64,000 bases of DNA from an uncultured delta proteobacterium (GTDB lineage: Bacteria; Myxococcota_A; UBA9160; JAFDET01), in NCBI GenBank assembly GCA_947259215.1, contig CAMYLJ010000001.1, positions 84,505 through 148,504 of the forward strand, written 5' to 3'. This document shows positions 62,677 through 64,000 of this stretch, one piece after another. Numbering within the stretch: position 1 is the first letter of the stretch; each line of letters opens with the position of its first letter. The position numbers were made by a program, and so were the translations under genes. The notes beneath the pieces are model-generated. The model saw only the letters and a list, made by a program, of their open reading frames with translations. It was not told the DNA's origin and did no database searches.

Positions 62677-64000
62677 TGCGTCTATCCGCGCTGCTCACAG
62701 GCCTGCCTCGAGATCTGGCGCCCCGCCACGCGGGGGGAACCGGGGATCCCGTGGTGCGCGGCATCGCCTACGACTCGCGGCGCGTCGCGCCGGGCGACCT
62801 GTTCGTGGCGCTGCGCGGCGAGCTGACGGACGGCCACGCCTACGCGGCCCAGGCCGTCGCGCTCGGCGCCGTGGCCCTGCTGGTCGAGGAGCCGCCCGCG
62901 GATGCGGGGGAAGAGGTCCCGGTGGTGTGCGTGCCGCAGACGCGGCGTGCGCTGGCACCCCTGGCGACCCGATTCTTTGGCAACCCGGCTGCGGAGCTCA
63001 GCCTGGTCGGCGTGACCGGGACGAACGGCAAGACCAGCGTCACCTACCTGCTGGAGTCGATCCTGCTGGCGGCCGCACGCCGCGTGGGCCTGATCGGCAC
63101 CGTCGAGCTGCGCTACGCGGGGCACCGGGAGCGCACCCTCAACACCACACCCGAGAGCCTCGATCTCCAGCGCACCCTGCGCGCGATGCGCACGGAGGAC
63201 GTGGACGCGGCGGTGATGGAAGTATCCTCCCACGGGATCGCGCTCGGGCGGATCGACGGTTGCCGCTTCGCCATCGGCGCCTTCACGAACCTCAGCCAGG
63301 ATCACCTGGATTTCCACGGCGACATGGAGTCCTACCGTTCCGCCAAGACGGCGTTCTTCGAGCGCTACCTGGCAGCCTCGGCCACGGCGGTGGTCAACCT
63401 GGACGATTCGGCGGCCGGCGCCTTCTCGGCGGCCGCACGCGCTGCGGGTGCCCGGGTGCTAGGCGTCTCGCGCCGCGCCGGGGCCGGCGCGGACCTGCAT
63501 CTCGAGGCGGCGACCGTGCGGCTGGAGGGAACCCGCGCGCGCCTGCGCCTGCCCGGCGGTCCGCTCGAGCTGGAGCTGCCCCTGGTGGGTGACTTCAACG
63601 TCGAGAACCTGCTCGTCGCGGCCGGCGCCGCCCACGCCCTGGGCGTCGACGCCGAGACGATCGCGCGCGGCGTCGCCGCCTGCCCGCAGGTGCCCGGACG
63701 CATGGAGCGGGTCGGGGCGGATCTGCCCGGCCCGACGGTGCTCGTCGACTACGCCCACACGCCGGACGCCATCGACAAGCTGCTGCGCGCGGTGCGGCCG
63801 CTGGCGCGCGGGCGGGTGATCACGCTCTTCGGCTGCGGCGGCGACCGCGACCGGGCCAAGCGTCCGTTGATGGCGGAGGCCGCGGCGCGAGCCAGCCACC
63901 GCCTCATCGCCACCAGCGACAACCCGCGCAGCGAAGATCCGCTCCAGATCCTGGAGGACGTGGAGCGCGGACTGAAGTCCCTGCGGCGGGTGGAGGCGGA
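62676..64000 (+). CDS. murE: UDP-N-acetylmuramoyl-L-alanyl-D-glutamate--2,6-diaminopimelate ligase (runs off the right edge)
   Basis: My own translation from ATG at 62676 (TGATG overlap) gives MRLSALLTGLPRDL...GIAYDSRRVAPGDLFVALRG...GVTGTNGKTS...DNPRSEDP. It is absent from the track because no stop lies in the window. Confidence 0.85.
   Translation, partial: MRLSALLTGLPRDLAPRHAGGTGDPVVRGIAYDSRRVAPGDLFVALRGELTDGHAYAAQAVALGAVALLVEEPPADAGEEVPVVCVPQTRRALAPLATRFFGNPAAELSLVGVTGTNGKTSVTYLLESILLAAARRVGLIGTVELRYAGHRERTLNTTPESLDLQRTLRAMRTEDVDAAVMEVSSHGIALGRIDGCRFAIGAFTNLSQDHLDFHGDMESYRSAKTAFFERYLAASATAVVNLDDSAAGAFSAAARAAGARVLGVSRRAGAGADLHLEAATVRLEGTRARLRLPGGPLELELPLVGDFNVENLLVAAGAAHALGVDAETIARGVAACPQVPGRMERVGADLPGPTVLVDYAHTPDAIDKLLRAVRPLARGRVITLFGCGGDRDRAKRPLMAEAAARASHRLIATSDNPRSEDPLQILEDVERGLKSLRRVEA

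Overview
Very GC-rich bacterial chromosomal segment (about 70% or more by eye, third codon positions nearly saturated). All calls below come from reading the sequence and recognising motifs. No searches were run. Gene content (MJ0042-type zinc-finger/DUF3426 protein, PEP-CTERM protein, Cys-type CcmE, F420 genes, dcw cluster) suggests a Myxococcota/deltaproteobacteria-like or related uncultured lineage, but I cannot assign taxonomy. I call about 62 protein genes. Nearly all sit in tight operons with ATGA/GTGA/TAGTG start-stop overlaps. Many long ORFs in the supplied track are antisense or off-frame shadows, or carry false N-terminal extensions. I trimmed those to the start codon that abuts the upstream gene. 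Layout, left to right: xseA (partial); a small unknown gene plus ftsE-ftsX-envC(degenerate LytM)-ctpA; a PEP-CTERM/LTD protein and a secreted propeller-like protein; DUF4124 plus cofD-cofC-cofE; engB and an aminotransferase; a variant System I cluster ccmE-ccmF-X-ccmA-B-C-D; an orphan zinc-ribbon gene behind a signal-rich 425-nt leader; nudix, hisG-hisI, plsB, nhaA, SDR, GNAT, a biotinyl protein, ffh and a LysM/SLT transglycosylase. Next comes a 9-kb minus-strand operon (2PGK-like, M48, AAA+, vWA, sppA, trmB, rlmN, phosphoesterase). Then merR-parA::CBM48-minD-like-unknown; an ECF sigma, hydrolase, EI24-like, DsbA-like, PMM, tatA and a zinc-finger protein; two ArsA-like ATPases plus an unknown plus phaR; an acyltransferase-like gene, an epimerase and an HDAC-like gene; and mraZ-rsmH-ftsL-ftsI-murE (partial). 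I saw no rRNA, tRNA, CRISPR, transposase, integrase or phage genes. The best candidates for something undescribed are: (1) a ParA-type ATPase fused to a CBM48/AMPK-beta-like glycan-binding domain, in a four-gene module; (2) a roughly 144-nt hairpin-bearing repeat family with three copies, one embedded in frame in a coding region; (3) the orphan zinc-ribbon locus with sigma54-like and sigma70-like promoter signals and TTCCGG-type palindromes; (4) a Cys-type CcmE with Phe in place of the usual Tyr, plus an uncharacterised gene coupled inside the ccm operon.
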